NCBI GenBank assembly: GCA_041649175.1
Contig: JBAZNR010000003.1
Span: 79,449 to 143,448 of the forward strand
Length of the DNA stretch: 64,000 nucleotides
Direction: 5' to 3'
DNA from: Candidatus Omnitrophota bacterium
Lineage (GTDB): Bacteria > Omnitrophota > Gorgyraeia > Zapsychrales > JBAZNR01
Of this stretch, positions 1 through 9,813 are shown one piece after another. The position numbers and the translations under genes were made by a program. The notes under the pieces are model-generated. The model was not told the origin of the DNA. It saw only the letters and a program-made list of their open reading frames with translations, and ran no database searches. The stretch's first letter is position 1. Each line of letters opens with the position of its first letter.

Positions 1-180
1 GTGATGACCAAAGATCCTGTTATTCTTTTCCCGGAAAGCTCTATTGCCGAAGCCTTACTTTTGATGGTTGAAAAAAAGTATGGATGTATTCCTATTGTCG
101 ACAGAAATCACCTTCTTTGCGGGATCATTACTCAAGTTGATATCTTGCGCATTGCGGCCCAGATCCTTAAAGAAAAATAG
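1..180 (+). CDS. CBS-domain protein, C-terminal fragment (5' end lies outside the window)
   Basis: Open frame from base 1 to TAG at 178-180. The translation ...YGCIPIVDRNHLLCGIITQVDILRIAAQILKEK has the look of a CBS/Bateman-domain C-terminus. Confidence 0.45.
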   Translation: MMTKDPVILFPESSIAEALLLMVEKKYGCIPIVDRNHLLCGIITQVDILRIAAQILKEK

Positions 181-204
181 CTTATTTGTGGCATTTCCCG
201 GCGG

Positions 205-233
205 TTGACAAGGTTATTCGGAGGTGTTATCCT
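205..233 (+). promoter_or_regulatory. sigma70-like promoter upstream of the MEMO1-family gene
   Basis: TTGACA (205-210), 17-nt spacer, TATCCT (228-233). It sits about 40 nt upstream of the ATG at 275. Confidence 0.3.
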
Positions 234-274
234 AGACCGACCGTGTACATTGAAATTTAAAGCCGTTTGAAAAT

Positions 275-1096
275 ATGATCCGAAAGCCTGCCGTTGCCGG
301 CTATTTTTACCCCGGCAAGAAAGAAGAATTAGAAAAGAAATTACGTTCTTTCTTAAAAGAAAGTGGCGCGCAGGCGATCCCTAAAAATAGAGTTACCGGT
401 CTTTTATTGCCGCATGCGGGATATGAATATTCGGGGCTGGTCGCTGCCGAAACGGTTTTTAGCAGCGAATTTAAAGATATTCTGATCATTTTGGGCCCGA
501 ATCATACGGGGTTAGGCGAAGCCCTTAGCGTTTTTACCGAAGGGCATTGGCAAATGCCGATGGGTGATGTTGAGATCCAAGCCGATCTTGCTAAAAAGAT
601 AGTAGAGTGTTCGCGTTTTTTGAAAAGTGATACGCTGGCTCACCAGTCGGAACATTCCGTCGAGGTCATTTTACCTTTCTTGCAATTTGTTAAGAAAGAG
701 GTCGGTATCGTTCCGATCATTCTGGCGCAGGCATCTTTGGATGTCTGCCAAGCTATTGCCAGAGATATCATAGCCGCATTGGATGCGCTAAGGCTTCGTG
801 ACCGCGTATCTATCATTGCCAGTTCGGATATGACGCATTATGAACCGCAAGAGTCGGCGCAAAAAAAAGACCATTGCGCTATTGAAGCGATCGTTAACTT
901 AGACTCCAGAGAGCTTTTAAAACGTACCGAAGAATTTAACATTTCGATGTGCGGTGTTGTTCCTGCAATTATCATGATGGAAATAGCGAAGGAATTAAAA
1001 GCCAACAGGGGATGTTTGGTGAAATATCAAACGAGCGGAAATGCAACCGGTGATTACCGTTCGGTGGTAGGTTATGCCGGGATAAAAATTATTTAA
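275..1096 (+). CDS. amrB: AmmeMemoRadiSam system protein B (MEMO1 family)
   Basis: The N-terminal AGYFYPG motif and the LLPHAGYEYSG and ...GPNH... motifs are typical of MEMO1/AmmeMemoRadiSam protein B. 273 aa. Confidence 0.7.
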   Translation: MIRKPAVAGYFYPGKKEELEKKLRSFLKESGAQAIPKNRVTGLLLPHAGYEYSGLVAAETVFSSEFKDILIILGPNHTGLGEALSVFTEGHWQMPMGDVEIQADLAKKIVECSRFLKSDTLAHQSEHSVEVILPFLQFVKKEVGIVPIILAQASLDVCQAIARDIIAALDALRLRDRVSIIASSDMTHYEPQESAQKKDHCAIEAIVNLDSRELLKRTEEFNISMCGVVPAIIMMEIAKELKANRGCLVKYQTSGNATGDYRSVVGYAGIKII

Positions 1097-1109
1097 AAAG
1101 GATTTTTTT

Positions 1110-1535
1110 ATGAGTGACGAAAAACATGTTGATGAGAGCTGGAAAGACGCGATTTCCAACGAAAAGAATTCAGAAGGCATCATTATTGGCGCGGGTTCAA
1201 GCAAGCCCAAAGAAGAAGGCCTTATCCATAACGAAGATGTTCCAAGCCATGATGAATCCACCGAGTTGCCGGAATTTAATTTCATGGCTTACATTACGAG
1301 TTTAGCTTTTCAGTCGATGATCTTTTTAGGTGAAATTCCTAATCCGATGACCAATACGATCGACAAAAATCTTCGCCAGGCAAAATTTATTATTGATACG
1401 CTGCTTATTTTAAAAGAAAAAACAGCCGGGAATCTTGATGACCAGGAAAATGACGCGCTCAACGGTTTTATTTATGAATTACAGATGAAATTTGTTCAAC
1501 ACGCTCAAAAAGAAGGGCAGGAAGGGCAATCATGA
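1110..1535 (+). CDS. DUF1844-family protein
   Basis: Acidic N-terminus followed by a PEFNFMAYITSLAFQSMIFLGEIPNP...IDTLLILKEKTAGNL...YELQMKFV pattern resembling DUF1844. The stop overlaps the next start (ATGA). Confidence 0.55.
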   Translation: MSDEKHVDESWKDAISNEKNSEGIIIGAGSSKPKEEGLIHNEDVPSHDESTELPEFNFMAYITSLAFQSMIFLGEIPNPMTNTIDKNLRQAKFIIDTLLILKEKTAGNLDDQENDALNGFIYELQMKFVQHAQKEGQEGQS

Positions 1536-1687
1536 TTGATGCCGAACTTCTCGCGATATTAGCTTGTCCGGCGTGCAAATCGGATGTTAAACATCAGGGC
1601 AATAAGATCGTCTGTGTTAAATGCGGACGGAAGTATCCTATTAAAAACGGAATTCCCATTATGCTTATTGAAGAAGCGGAAAAATAA
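1532..1687 (+). CDS. Trm112-family small protein (YcaR-like)
   Basis: A 51-aa ORF not in the supplied track: [51 protein letters not shown]. The LxILxCPxCK...CxxCxxxYPIxxGIPxxL signature is classic Trm112/UPF0434. The ATG overlaps the upstream stop. Confidence 0.6.
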   Translation: MIDAELLAILACPACKSDVKHQGNKIVCVKCGRKYPIKNGIPIMLIEEAEK

Positions 1688-1715
1688 AAGCGGCGGTTTG
1701 ACCAGGAGGAAAAAA

Positions 1716-2153
1716 TTGAAAAAAATATTAGTTATTCACGGGCCGAATTTGGGGCTTTTAGGAAAACGCGAAACGGATGTTTACGGAACAACGACTCTTG
1801 AAACGATCAATAACCTTCTTAAAAAAATAGCGGCTAAAGAAAAGGTTTCTTTAGAGATCTTTCAGTCGAACCACGAAGGAGAGATCGTCGATAAGATCGG
1901 CAGTGCTAAGAAAAATAAGATCAGCGCTATTCTTATCAATCCGGCGGCGTACACTCATACCAGCGTTGCTATTCGAGATGCGATCGCCGCAGTTGACCTT
2001 CCTGCGGTGGAAGTCCATCTTTCCAATATTTATGCCCGCGAAGAATTTCGACATACGTCTTTGATCGCGCCGGTTGTTTGCGGACAAGTCAGCGGTTTTG
2101 GGGTTCAAAGCTATTTATTGGGCCTTCAGGCAACCATTCTTCTGATCAAATAA
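1716..2153 (+). CDS. aroQ: 3-dehydroquinate dehydratase, type II
   Basis: [12 protein letters not shown]...[32 protein letters not shown] and [16 protein letters not shown] motifs. TTG start at 1716 preceded by AGGAGG (1704-1709). The track ORF begins further upstream in the same frame. Confidence 0.85.
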   Translation: MKKILVIHGPNLGLLGKRETDVYGTTTLETINNLLKKIAAKEKVSLEIFQSNHEGEIVDKIGSAKKNKISAILINPAAYTHTSVAIRDAIAAVDLPAVEVHLSNIYAREEFRHTSLIAPVVCGQVSGFGVQSYLLGLQATILLIK

Positions 2154-2154
2154 A

Positions 2155-3207
2155 GTGAATTCTAAATTTAAACAACTCACAGCTGTTTTTAAAGAACAGG
2201 GGATTGACGCGTTTTTGGTGACCAAAGACGTCAATATCCGGTATCTGACCGGTTTTCCTGCTAGCGAGTCGTGGCTTCTCGTTTGTCCGAGAAACGTTTT
2301 TTATATAACGGATTTTCGTTATATTTTAGAGGCAAAAAAAGGATTAAAAGATGTTGCGGTCGTGCGCTATGAAAAGTCGATCTTTGAAACAACTTTACAG
2401 CTAAGCCGCTCCCAAAAAGTTAAAGCACTTGGCTTTGATGAAAGGCATTTATCTTTATCTACCTTTCGTAAGCTAAAACAAAGCTTTGGAAATAAGGTAA
2501 AGCTAAAAGGGGCCGACCATCTTGTTGAAGATCTGCGCGAAATTAAAACAAAAGATGAGATCGTTAAGATTCGCAAAGCTTTAGCGCTTCATCATCAAGC
2601 GCATAAATTCCTTAAAACGGTTGTCAAGCCGGGTTTGACCGAGCGGGAGGTGTTCCGCCGCCTGGAAAGATTTGTCAAAGACCGCCAAGCAGGGTTTTCT
2701 TTTGACCCGATCATCGCCTCAGGGCCTAATTCTTGCCTTCCGCATGGCAAGGTAACGGACCGCAAGATACGAAACAATGAACCGGTCTTAGTGGACATGG
2801 GAATTGATTTGGACGGCTATAAATCTGACTTGACACGTATGTTCTTTTTGGGTAGAATGGCTCGTCAAATTCACGAAGTCAATGAGATTGTTAAAGTTGC
2901 GCAACAAAAAGCTATTGAAAAGATTCGTTGTGGACTCAAGGCTTGTGAAATTGACCAAGAGGCACGTAACCATATATCAAGAAATAAGTTAGGGGAGTTT
3001 TTCGGTCATTCGCTTGGCCACGGAGTGGGGTTAGAGATCCACGAAGCTCCGTCGATTTCGTCAAAAAGCTCTTCTTTAATAAAAGAAAATATGATCTTTA
3101 CCGTCGAACCAGCCGTGTACATTCCCAATAAATTCGGTATCCGCATTGAAGATATGGTCCTGGTCACAAAATCTGATTGTGAGGTTTTAAGTCATGTTAT
3201 CCATTAA
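2155..3207 (+). CDS. Xaa-Pro aminopeptidase / M24-family metallopeptidase
   Basis: N-terminal creatinase-like region (IDAFLVT...YLTGF) and a C-terminal M24 catalytic domain with HSLGHGVGLEIHEAP. GTG start immediately after the aroQ stop. Confidence 0.8.
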   Translation: MNSKFKQLTAVFKEQGIDAFLVTKDVNIRYLTGFPASESWLLVCPRNVFYITDFRYILEAKKGLKDVAVVRYEKSIFETTLQLSRSQKVKALGFDERHLSLSTFRKLKQSFGNKVKLKGADHLVEDLREIKTKDEIVKIRKALALHHQAHKFLKTVVKPGLTEREVFRRLERFVKDRQAGFSFDPIIASGPNSCLPHGKVTDRKIRNNEPVLVDMGIDLDGYKSDLTRMFFLGRMARQIHEVNEIVKVAQQKAIEKIRCGLKACEIDQEARNHISRNKLGEFFGHSLGHGVGLEIHEAPSISSKSSSLIKENMIFTVEPAVYIPNKFGIRIEDMVLVTKSDCEVLSHVIH

Positions 3208-3760
3208 TGAGATCACCAACGGTATTGTTCTGCGCGTGGAAGGGGAACTTTACCTCGTTGTTGATTATAGCCATGTGAAACCCGGCAAGGGCAGCGCGTT
3301 TGTTCGGGTCAAATTGAAGAAAATGAAAACCGATTTGGTGATCGAACGCACCTATCGGACTGCGGAGCGCCTGGAAGATGTTTTTATGGAAGAGCGCCGT
3401 TTTCAATATCAATACAACGCCGGCGATACGTTCCACTTTATGGATCAAACAACATTTGAAGAAATTGCTGTTTCCCGGGATGTTCTAGGGGAAAAAGTTA
3501 TTGATTATTTGCAGGATAACCTTGAATTGATCGCGGTTTACTGTGACAATAAATTGATGAAAATCCATTTGCCCAACTTTATTGTTGCGCAAATTACGGA
3601 AGCTGAGCCTGGATTTAAAGGAGATTCCTCCCGCGCTGGAACTAAACCCGCCAAAATTGCCACCGGAGCAACTGTTCAAGTCCCTCTTTTTATTAATCCT
3701 GGTGAATGGGTAAAGATCGACACGAGAACCGACCAATATGTGGAAAGGGTACAGAAATGA
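3194..3760 (+). CDS. efp: elongation factor P
   Basis: 188 aa. ...VKPGKGSAFVRVKLK... with conserved Lys in the KPGKG loop. Typical EF-P length and three-domain pattern. Confidence 0.9.
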   Translation: MLSINEITNGIVLRVEGELYLVVDYSHVKPGKGSAFVRVKLKKMKTDLVIERTYRTAERLEDVFMEERRFQYQYNAGDTFHFMDQTTFEEIAVSRDVLGEKVIDYLQDNLELIAVYCDNKLMKIHLPNFIVAQITEAEPGFKGDSSRAGTKPAKIATGATVQVPLFINPGEWVKIDTRTDQYVERVQK

Positions 3761-4218
3761 ATTTAAAAGAGATTAAAGAGATGATTAATCTCATGAATGA
3801 AAACGGCCTGACTGAATTAGAAATCGAACGAGAAGGAACAAAGATCAAGATCAAGAAAGGTTCGGGCGCCGGCGGTGAGTCGGTTGTTTTTGCCCCTGCC
3901 GAATATCGCGTTGAATCTGCCGCTTCTAGCGCTTCTGCCGCATCCCGCCAGGCCCAAGAACAAAAAATTACCAGCAACTTAAAAGAAATTTCATCCCCGA
4001 TGGTCGGAACATTTTATCGTGCTCCATCACCGGAAGCGGCACCTTTTGTTCAAGTAGGCCAGGTGGTCGAAATAGGCCAAGTGGTTTGCATTATTGAAGC
4101 TATGAAGCTGATGAACGAAATCAAATCTGAAATTCGCGGAAAAGTTACGGAAGTCTCTGTTGAAAATGCCGAACCGGTTGAGTTCGGCCAAACCTTGTTT
4201 GTTGTCGAGCCGGTTTAA
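3757..4218 (+). CDS. accB: acetyl-CoA carboxylase biotin carboxyl carrier protein
   Basis: MNLKEIKEMINLMNENGLTELEIE start (ATG 3757 overlapping the efp stop), Ala/Ser-rich linker, and C-terminal biotinyl domain with the EAMKLMNEI (AMKM) motif. Confidence 0.85.
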   Translation: MNLKEIKEMINLMNENGLTELEIEREGTKIKIKKGSGAGGESVVFAPAEYRVESAASSASAASRQAQEQKITSNLKEISSPMVGTFYRAPSPEAAPFVQVGQVVEIGQVVCIIEAMKLMNEIKSEIRGKVTEVSVENAEPVEFGQTLFVVEPV

Positions 4219-4221
4219 CGT

Positions 4222-5595
4222 ATGTTTTCTAAAATACTGATTGCTAATCGAGGCGAGATCGCCTTGCGCGTCATTCGGGCGTGCAAAGAACTCAATATCC
4301 GCACCGTAGCAGTGTATTCAAAAGCCGATCGTGAATCTCTTCATGTGCGCTTTGCCGACGAAGCAGTTTGTATCGGCGATGCCCCCAGCAAAGAAAGTTA
4401 TTTAAACATTCCCGCTATTATTTCCGCTGCCGAAATTACCGATGTGGAAGCTATCCATCCCGGATATGGTTTCCTTTCTGAAAATGCCCACTTTGCCGAG
4501 ATCTGCGAATCGTGCCACATTACATTTATCGGTCCCACGCCGCAAACGATCCGGGCGATGGGCGATAAAGTTGCGGCGCGCGAAACTATGCGAAAGATCG
4601 GTGTTCCGCTTTGTCCCGGAGGCGATTCGACCGTTAAAAGCAAAGAAGAGGCCATTAAGATCGCCAAGAAGATAAAATATCCCGTCATTATTAAAGCAGC
4701 AGCCGGCGGGGGCGGTAAGGGCATGCGCGTTTGTCATAATGATATTAGCTTGGTCAGTTCGGTAACATTAGCGCAGAATGAAGCCGAAGTCGCGTTTGGT
4801 AATCCGGCAGTTTACATTGAGAAATATATTAATGATCCGCGCCATGTGGAATTTCAGATCATGGCTGATAATTACGGCCATATTATTCATTTGGGCGAAC
4901 GGGATTGCAGTATTCAGCGCCGGCATCAAAAGCTATTGGAAGAATCCCCTTCGCCGGCTTTAGATGAAAAACTGCGCCGTAAGATCGGCGAAGTGGCGGT
5001 TAAGGGCGCCAAGGCTGTTAATTACCGGGGAGTAGGGACCATTGAGTTTTTGCTTGATTCGGACGGTTCATTTTATTTTATGGAAATGAATACACGCGTT
5101 CAAGTGGAGCACCCCGTGACTGAAATGGTAACCGGGATCGACATTGTTAAGCAGCAAATTTGTTTAGCTGCCGGGGCCAAGCTTAAGATCAAACAAGATG
5201 ACGTGAAGCTCAAAGGTGCCGCTATTGAATGCCGCATCAATGCCGAAGATCCGGAAAATAATTTTATGCCGTGCCCGGGAAAAATTGAATCATTGAATTT
5301 GCCCGGTGGCCCGGGCGTACGAGTCGACACGCATATTTATCCCGGCTACGTCATTAGCCCGTTTTACGATTCGATGGTTGCTAAGCTCATCACATACGGT
5401 AGAAATCGAGATGAAGCCATCAGGATTATGCTACGCGCCTTAGAAGAATTTTATATCAGCCCTATCAAGACAACAATTCCTTTACATATTGAAATATTGA
5501 ATAATCCGTCATTTCTTAAAGGGCAGGTTTCAACCCATTTCTTAGAAAAACTTGCAAAAACGGAAACTGAGGCTAGTAAAGATGGAAGAAAATAA
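4222..5595 (+). CDS. accC: acetyl-CoA carboxylase biotin carboxylase subunit
   Basis: [33 protein letters not shown]..., ATP-grasp motifs, GGGGKGMR. 457 aa, sits directly after accB. Confidence 0.9.
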   Translation: MFSKILIANRGEIALRVIRACKELNIRTVAVYSKADRESLHVRFADEAVCIGDAPSKESYLNIPAIISAAEITDVEAIHPGYGFLSENAHFAEICESCHITFIGPTPQTIRAMGDKVAARETMRKIGVPLCPGGDSTVKSKEEAIKIAKKIKYPVIIKAAAGGGGKGMRVCHNDISLVSSVTLAQNEAEVAFGNPAVYIEKYINDPRHVEFQIMADNYGHIIHLGERDCSIQRRHQKLLEESPSPALDEKLRRKIGEVAVKGAKAVNYRGVGTIEFLLDSDGSFYFMEMNTRVQVEHPVTEMVTGIDIVKQQICLAAGAKLKIKQDDVKLKGAAIECRINAEDPENNFMPCPGKIESLNLPGGPGVRVDTHIYPGYVISPFYDSMVAKLITYGRNRDEAIRIMLRALEEFYISPIKTTIPLHIEILNNPSFLKGQVSTHFLEKLAKTETEASKDGRK

Positions 5596-5932
5596 AATTG
5601 ATTTTGGTTCGGTCGGAATTCATCAACGCGCTATTGCCGATATTGTGGTTTCGGCGATCCGAGATGTTAGCAGCGTAAGCCTTATTCCTAAAAATTTTAA
5701 AAGCCGTTTTTTGGAATTTGTGGGAAAGCAAACGCATTCCGGTATTGCTGTGACGATCGACCGCGACCGTCAGATCGCGATCGAGATCAATATTGAAGTC
5801 CGTTACGGTGTTAATATTGCCGATACAGCTCAGCAAGTCCAAAGCACCGTGAAATTAGCAATTGAAAGAATGGCGGATGTCGATTTAAAAGAAATCCGAG
5901 TCAATGTTCAAGGCGTTAAGCGGGATCCATAA
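5582..5932 (+). CDS. Asp23/Gls24-family envelope stress (alkaline shock) protein
   Basis: About 116 aa with the ...[18 protein letters not shown]... / ...[24 protein letters not shown]... Asp23 pattern. Start chosen at ATG 5582 (MEENKIDFG), which overlaps the accC end. Confidence 0.65.
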   Translation: MEENKIDFGSVGIHQRAIADIVVSAIRDVSSVSLIPKNFKSRFLEFVGKQTHSGIAVTIDRDRQIAIEINIEVRYGVNIADTAQQVQSTVKLAIERMADVDLKEIRVNVQGVKRDP

Positions 5933-5960
5933 AAATATTTCTAATTAAGCAGGAGGGCCC

Positions 5961-6575
5961 ATGAGGCTTTTTACGAAGATCGCGATCTATTTTTACGTGT
6001 TAACGATTTCCATCGGTTGCGGTGTTGTGATCTTGTTCGTGACGCACACGTTCATGTTGGATGATGTGAAGTACTACATGGACCTGATCTATAGCCAACC
6101 GCGTCTGGGCACCATCGTTGGCGTTACTTCGGGGATGTTGATGGTGATCAGTCTTATGTTCGAGCGGATCATGTCGGAAGCCCGGCAAAAAGAACGGACC
6201 ATTGCTTTTGATAATCCTTCGGGACGGGTGACGATCTCTTTAGTTGCTATGGAAGATTTCATCAAGAGATTGGTTTACAAGATCTCGGAAGTTAGAGAAG
6301 TCAGGGCGGCGAATATTGTCAAAACAAAAAAAGGCATTGAAGTTGAAATGCGTTTAACGCTTAAAGCGGATGTCAATATTCCTGAAGCAACAACACGGCT
6401 TCAAGAGCTAGCTAAAAGTAAAGTGCAGGATATGCTCGGCGTTGATGAGGCTGTGATCGTTCGTGTTCATATTTCAAAGATCGTTTCCGAAGAAGTTAAG
6501 CACAAACGCGGCCGATCAGATTTTGACGATAAGATCGAACCGGCAGTTCCGTTTCACGGATATCGTGATATTTAA
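5961..6575 (+). CDS. membrane protein, possibly the AmaP-like membrane anchor partnering Asp23
   Basis: N-terminal TM segments followed by a soluble domain. Positioned immediately after an Asp23-family gene, with AGGAGGG RBS before the ATG. Confidence 0.35.
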   Translation: MRLFTKIAIYFYVLTISIGCGVVILFVTHTFMLDDVKYYMDLIYSQPRLGTIVGVTSGMLMVISLMFERIMSEARQKERTIAFDNPSGRVTISLVAMEDFIKRLVYKISEVREVRAANIVKTKKGIEVEMRLTLKADVNIPEATTRLQELAKSKVQDMLGVDEAVIVRVHISKIVSEEVKHKRGRSDFDDKIEPAVPFHGYRDI

Positions 6576-6586
6576 AAGGTAAAATT

Positions 6587-7621
6587 ATGCGCAAGATCGG
6601 TGTTCTCACGGGCGGGGCTGATTGTCCAGGGCTAAATTCAGTTATCCGCGCCATTGTCCGCAAAGCCGCAAACGAAGATTATGTCGTTTCGGGTATTAAA
6701 AACGGCTGGAACGGCTTGATCGAAAATGATATGCGTATTTTAGACCTGCGCACCACCTCTGGCATCCTCGACCGCGGCGGTACGATCCTTGGCACGAGCC
6801 GCATCAATCCTTTAAAAAATCCCGAAGAAATAAAGAAGATCAAAGAAAATTATAAGCGAAGCGGCATGGACGCGCTTATCGCCATTGGTGGGGAAGAGAC
6901 ACTTAAGGTAGCGCTTCATCTTTATCGCGAGGAAGGTCTCCATGTGGTTGGGGTTCCGAAATCTATTGATAATGCACTTTTTGGAACTGATTATGCTTTT
7001 GGTTTTGATACATCGGTCAATATTGCGACCGAATGCATTGATCGTCTTCACACCACGGCAGAAAGCCACCATCGCATTATGGTCGTTGAAGTTATGGGCC
7101 GTTATACCGGATGGATCGCCTTGGAGGCGGGAATTGCCGGCGGGGCGGATGTTATTTTGATCCCGGAAGTTCCGGCGAAAATTGAAGATGTTTGCGAATC
7201 ACTGCGCAATCGTCATAAACGCGGAAAAATGTTCAGCATCGTCGTTGTAGCGGAAGGCGCCAAGATCGAAGACCAAACCATGCCAATGGGCTACAGCGAG
7301 ACGGTCGATCAATTCGGAGAGCGCCGTTACAGCGGAGTTGGCGAAGCCATTGCGAAGATCATTGAAAAAAATACCGGATATGAAACACGCGTTAGCGTTT
7401 TAGGATATATCCAGCGCGGAGGAAGCCCATCGGCATTTGACCGTATTTTAGCAACTCGCTTTGGTGTTAAGGCGGTTGAGCTTGTTAAAGAGGGAAAATT
7501 TGGCAAGATGGTGAGCCTTAGGGATAATAAAGTCCGTTTCGTTGATATTGAAGAAGCTGTGCGGACGCGAAAGACCGTAGACCTTGACCTTTATGAAATT
7601 GCCAAGGTCTTTTTTGCTTAA
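6587..7621 (+). CDS. pfkA: 6-phosphofructokinase (PFK-A family; ATP vs PPi specificity unresolved)
   Basis: MRKIGVLTGGADCPGLNSVIRAIV..., IAIGGEETLKVA, MGRYTGWIALEAG motifs. 344 aa. Confidence 0.85.
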   Translation: MRKIGVLTGGADCPGLNSVIRAIVRKAANEDYVVSGIKNGWNGLIENDMRILDLRTTSGILDRGGTILGTSRINPLKNPEEIKKIKENYKRSGMDALIAIGGEETLKVALHLYREEGLHVVGVPKSIDNALFGTDYAFGFDTSVNIATECIDRLHTTAESHHRIMVVEVMGRYTGWIALEAGIAGGADVILIPEVPAKIEDVCESLRNRHKRGKMFSIVVVAEGAKIEDQTMPMGYSETVDQFGERRYSGVGEAIAKIIEKNTGYETRVSVLGYIQRGGSPSAFDRILATRFGVKAVELVKEGKFGKMVSLRDNKVRFVDIEEAVRTRKTVDLDLYEIAKVFFA

Positions 7622-7640
7622 AAGTTATTAGGTTTTGCTT

Positions 7641-8213
7641 ATGAAAGATTTAATTCGTCGTCGATTTGCCGAGTCCATTGAAGTTAAGCAAAAGACGCTT
7701 CAGGAAAATTTAAACAACATTGCTTTAGCCGCTGATGAGATAATCAGGTCGTTTAAGCGCGGCGGAAAGCTGATCCTTTTTGGTAACGGCGGTTCGGCGG
7801 CTGACAGTCAGCATATTGCCGCGGAATTTATCGGCCGTTTTCAAAAAGAACGCAAATCTCTCCCTGCCATTGCGCTTACCACAGACACATCCGTTCTAAC
7901 TTCGCTTGCGAATGATTATCATTTTGATCTCGTCTTTGCCCGTCAAATCGAAGGATTAGGTAAGCGGAATGATGTTGTCATTGCTATTTCAACCAGCGGA
8001 AATTCAAAGAATGTTATCGCGGCCGTTAAACAAGCCAAGAAGATGGGGATCAAAACTATTTCCTTGACCGGGTGTGGCGGGGGAAAGCTTGCCTCGCTTA
8101 CTGATATTAGCATTATTGCTTCTTCGTCTGTGACGGCTCGGATCCAGGAATCGCATATTTGCATTGCGCATGTGATTTGTGAAATCGTCGAAAACCATTT
8201 CTCTAAAAAATGA
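7641..8213 (+). CDS. gmhA: D-sedoheptulose-7-phosphate isomerase (SIS domain)
   Basis: LILFGNGGSAADSQHIAAEF..., SLTGCGGGKLA SIS-domain motifs. ATG at 7641; the track ORF starts at a TTG two codons upstream. Confidence 0.8.
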   Translation: MKDLIRRRFAESIEVKQKTLQENLNNIALAADEIIRSFKRGGKLILFGNGGSAADSQHIAAEFIGRFQKERKSLPAIALTTDTSVLTSLANDYHFDLVFARQIEGLGKRNDVVIAISTSGNSKNVIAAVKQAKKMGIKTISLTGCGGGKLASLTDISIIASSSVTARIQESHICIAHVICEIVENHFSKK

Positions 8214-8695
8214 ATTCAGCAGAAAAAATCGTTGGCGTAAAAACACTTAAGAAAAAAGTCGCTTCTTGGCGCAAGAAGGGAAAGAAAATTGCTTTTACCA
8301 ACGGTTGCTTTGATATTTTGCATTTGGGGCATGTGACGTATTTACAAAAAGCTAAAAACCATAACCGTATTTTAGTCATCGGGCTTAATAGCGACGCGTC
8401 AGTGAAAAAGATCAAAGGAAAAAACCGTCCGATCGTTACGCAAAAAGCCCGGGCCGGAGTCTTAGCGGCTTTGGCGTGCGTTGATTACGTGACGATCTTT
8501 TCGGAAGAAACGCCGTATGATCTCATTAAGAATTTAAAGCCGGATATTCTGATCAAAGGAGCCGACTGGAAGCATAAAGGAATTATCGGAGCTGACATTG
8601 TAAAGTCATGCGGTGGAAAAGTTGAATTCATTAAATTCCTTGACCACTTTTCAACAACAAATATCATTAACTCTTTGTTAAAAAAGTGCGCATGA
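8210..8695 (+). CDS. rfaE2: D-glycero-beta-D-manno-heptose-1-phosphate adenylyltransferase (RfaE domain II-like cytidylyltransferase)
   Basis: IAFTNGCFDILHLGHVTYLQKAK nucleotidyltransferase (HxGH) motif. 161 aa. Adjacent to gmhA, and its ATG overlaps the gmhA stop. Confidence 0.8.
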   Translation: MNSAEKIVGVKTLKKKVASWRKKGKKIAFTNGCFDILHLGHVTYLQKAKNHNRILVIGLNSDASVKKIKGKNRPIVTQKARAGVLAALACVDYVTIFSEETPYDLIKNLKPDILIKGADWKHKGIIGADIVKSCGGKVEFIKFLDHFSTTNIINSLLKKCA

Positions 8696-9102
8696 TCAAA
8701 ACGGATGCGGTTCATCGGCTCATTGACGCGAATTTTAACCGGGCCAAAGAGGGTTTAAGGGTTTGTGAAGATGTTTGCCGCTTTGTTTTAAATGACGGTA
8801 AGTTGTCCGGTGCATATAAAACATTGCGCCATCAGTTGTCGGGCGCGTTGTCTTTGCTGGGTATTAAACTTATGATCAACGCGCGCGATATTGAAGGGGA
8901 TGTGGGAAAGAAAACTTTTTCGTCCGAGCTTAAGCGCAAGAATATTCAGGACATTTTTTACGCGAATTCGCAGCGCGCCAAAGAATCCTTAAGGGTTTTG
9001 GAGGAATTTGCGAAATTAAAGCGAAGCCGTTCGGCACAAGATCTAAAGAAGATTCGATATTCCATTTACGCCATTGAAAGAAAAGTTGTTCAAAAATTCT
9101 AA
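8692..9102 (+). CDS. ThiE-associated N-terminal-domain-like protein (function unknown)
   Basis: MIKTDAVHRLIDANFNRAKEGLRVCEDVCRFVLND... This resembles the N-terminal extension fused to thiamine-phosphate synthase in some bacteria. It overlaps the thiE frame by about 29 nt with a +1 offset. Confidence 0.35.
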   Translation: MIKTDAVHRLIDANFNRAKEGLRVCEDVCRFVLNDGKLSGAYKTLRHQLSGALSLLGIKLMINARDIEGDVGKKTFSSELKRKNIQDIFYANSQRAKESLRVLEEFAKLKRSRSAQDLKKIRYSIYAIERKVVQKF

Positions 9103-9700
9103 CTTTTATCTGATCTTGGATAGGGAAGTTAATAGCTATCCACAGCTCTTTAATATTGCGGTTACAGCAGTTAAAAATGGGGTTGGCATTATTCAGTTGC
9201 GCGATAAAAAGGGAAGCGCGGACGAGATATTAAAATTCTCGGCAAAAATAAAGAAGGCAACAGGAAAGCGCGCTCTTTATATCGTCAATGATCGCGTGGA
9301 TTTAAGTTTGGTAAGCTGCGCTGACGGTGTTCATTTGGGCCAAGATGATTTGCCTATTTTCGTTGCGCGCAAAATCTTAGGGAAAAAAGCTGTAATCGGT
9401 GTTTCTTGCCAAACGCTGGCCCAGGCGATTACGGCGCAAAAAGAAGGCGCCGATTATATTGGTTTTGGCTCGGTATTCAAAACAAAAACAAAACCACAGC
9501 GAAGCCCGATGGATCTTAAATTGCTGCGCCGTGTTGTCCGGGGTGTTCAAATTCCTGTTTTTGCTATCGGCGGTATTGACTTGAATAATATTGCGGTTTT
9601 AAGCCGGCTAGGTGTCCGCCGAGTTGCTGTTTGCCGCGCGATCTGTTGCGCAAGAAATGTTGCCGAAGCGGCTAGCAGTTTTAAACGTGCTTTAAAGTGA
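9074..9700 (+). CDS. thiE: thiamine-phosphate synthase
   Basis: FYLILDRE..., GVGIIQLRDK, IVNDRVDLSLVSCADGVHLGQDD, IGVSCQTLAQA, GADYIGFGSVFKT, VFAIGGI: a canonical ThiE TIM-barrel motif series. Only a TTG start is available at 9074. Confidence 0.8.
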   Translation: MKEKLFKNSNFYLILDREVNSYPQLFNIAVTAVKNGVGIIQLRDKKGSADEILKFSAKIKKATGKRALYIVNDRVDLSLVSCADGVHLGQDDLPIFVARKILGKKAVIGVSCQTLAQAITAQKEGADYIGFGSVFKTKTKPQRSPMDLKLLRRVVRGVQIPVFAIGGIDLNNIAVLSRLGVRRVAVCRAICCARNVAEAASSFKRALK

Positions 9701-9729
9701 TTTTTAATAACAATCTTTTTAAGGATTTT

Positions 9730-9801
9730 GCGAGGGTAATTCACCGGTAGAATGTCAGCTTCCCAAGCTGAACGCAGCGGGTTCAATTCCCGTCCCTCGC
9801 T
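9730..9801 (+). tRNA. tRNA-Gly (anticodon CCC)
   Basis: Manual cloverleaf: 7-bp acceptor stem GCGAGGG/CCCTCGC, U8, D-stem ATTC/GAAT, anticodon stem TCAGC/GCTGA with loop TTCCCAA (anticodon CCC, U33, A37). T-stem GCGGG/CCCGT with TTCAATT loop, discriminator U. No encoded CCA. Confidence 0.8.
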
Positions 9802-9813
9802 TATGTGAATTAA

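Noticed and set aside
1114-1305. 63-aa + strand ORF overlapping the DUF1844 gene in another frame
   Set aside because: Basic low-complexity translation with no RBS. The DUF1844 frame has clear family-like motifs.
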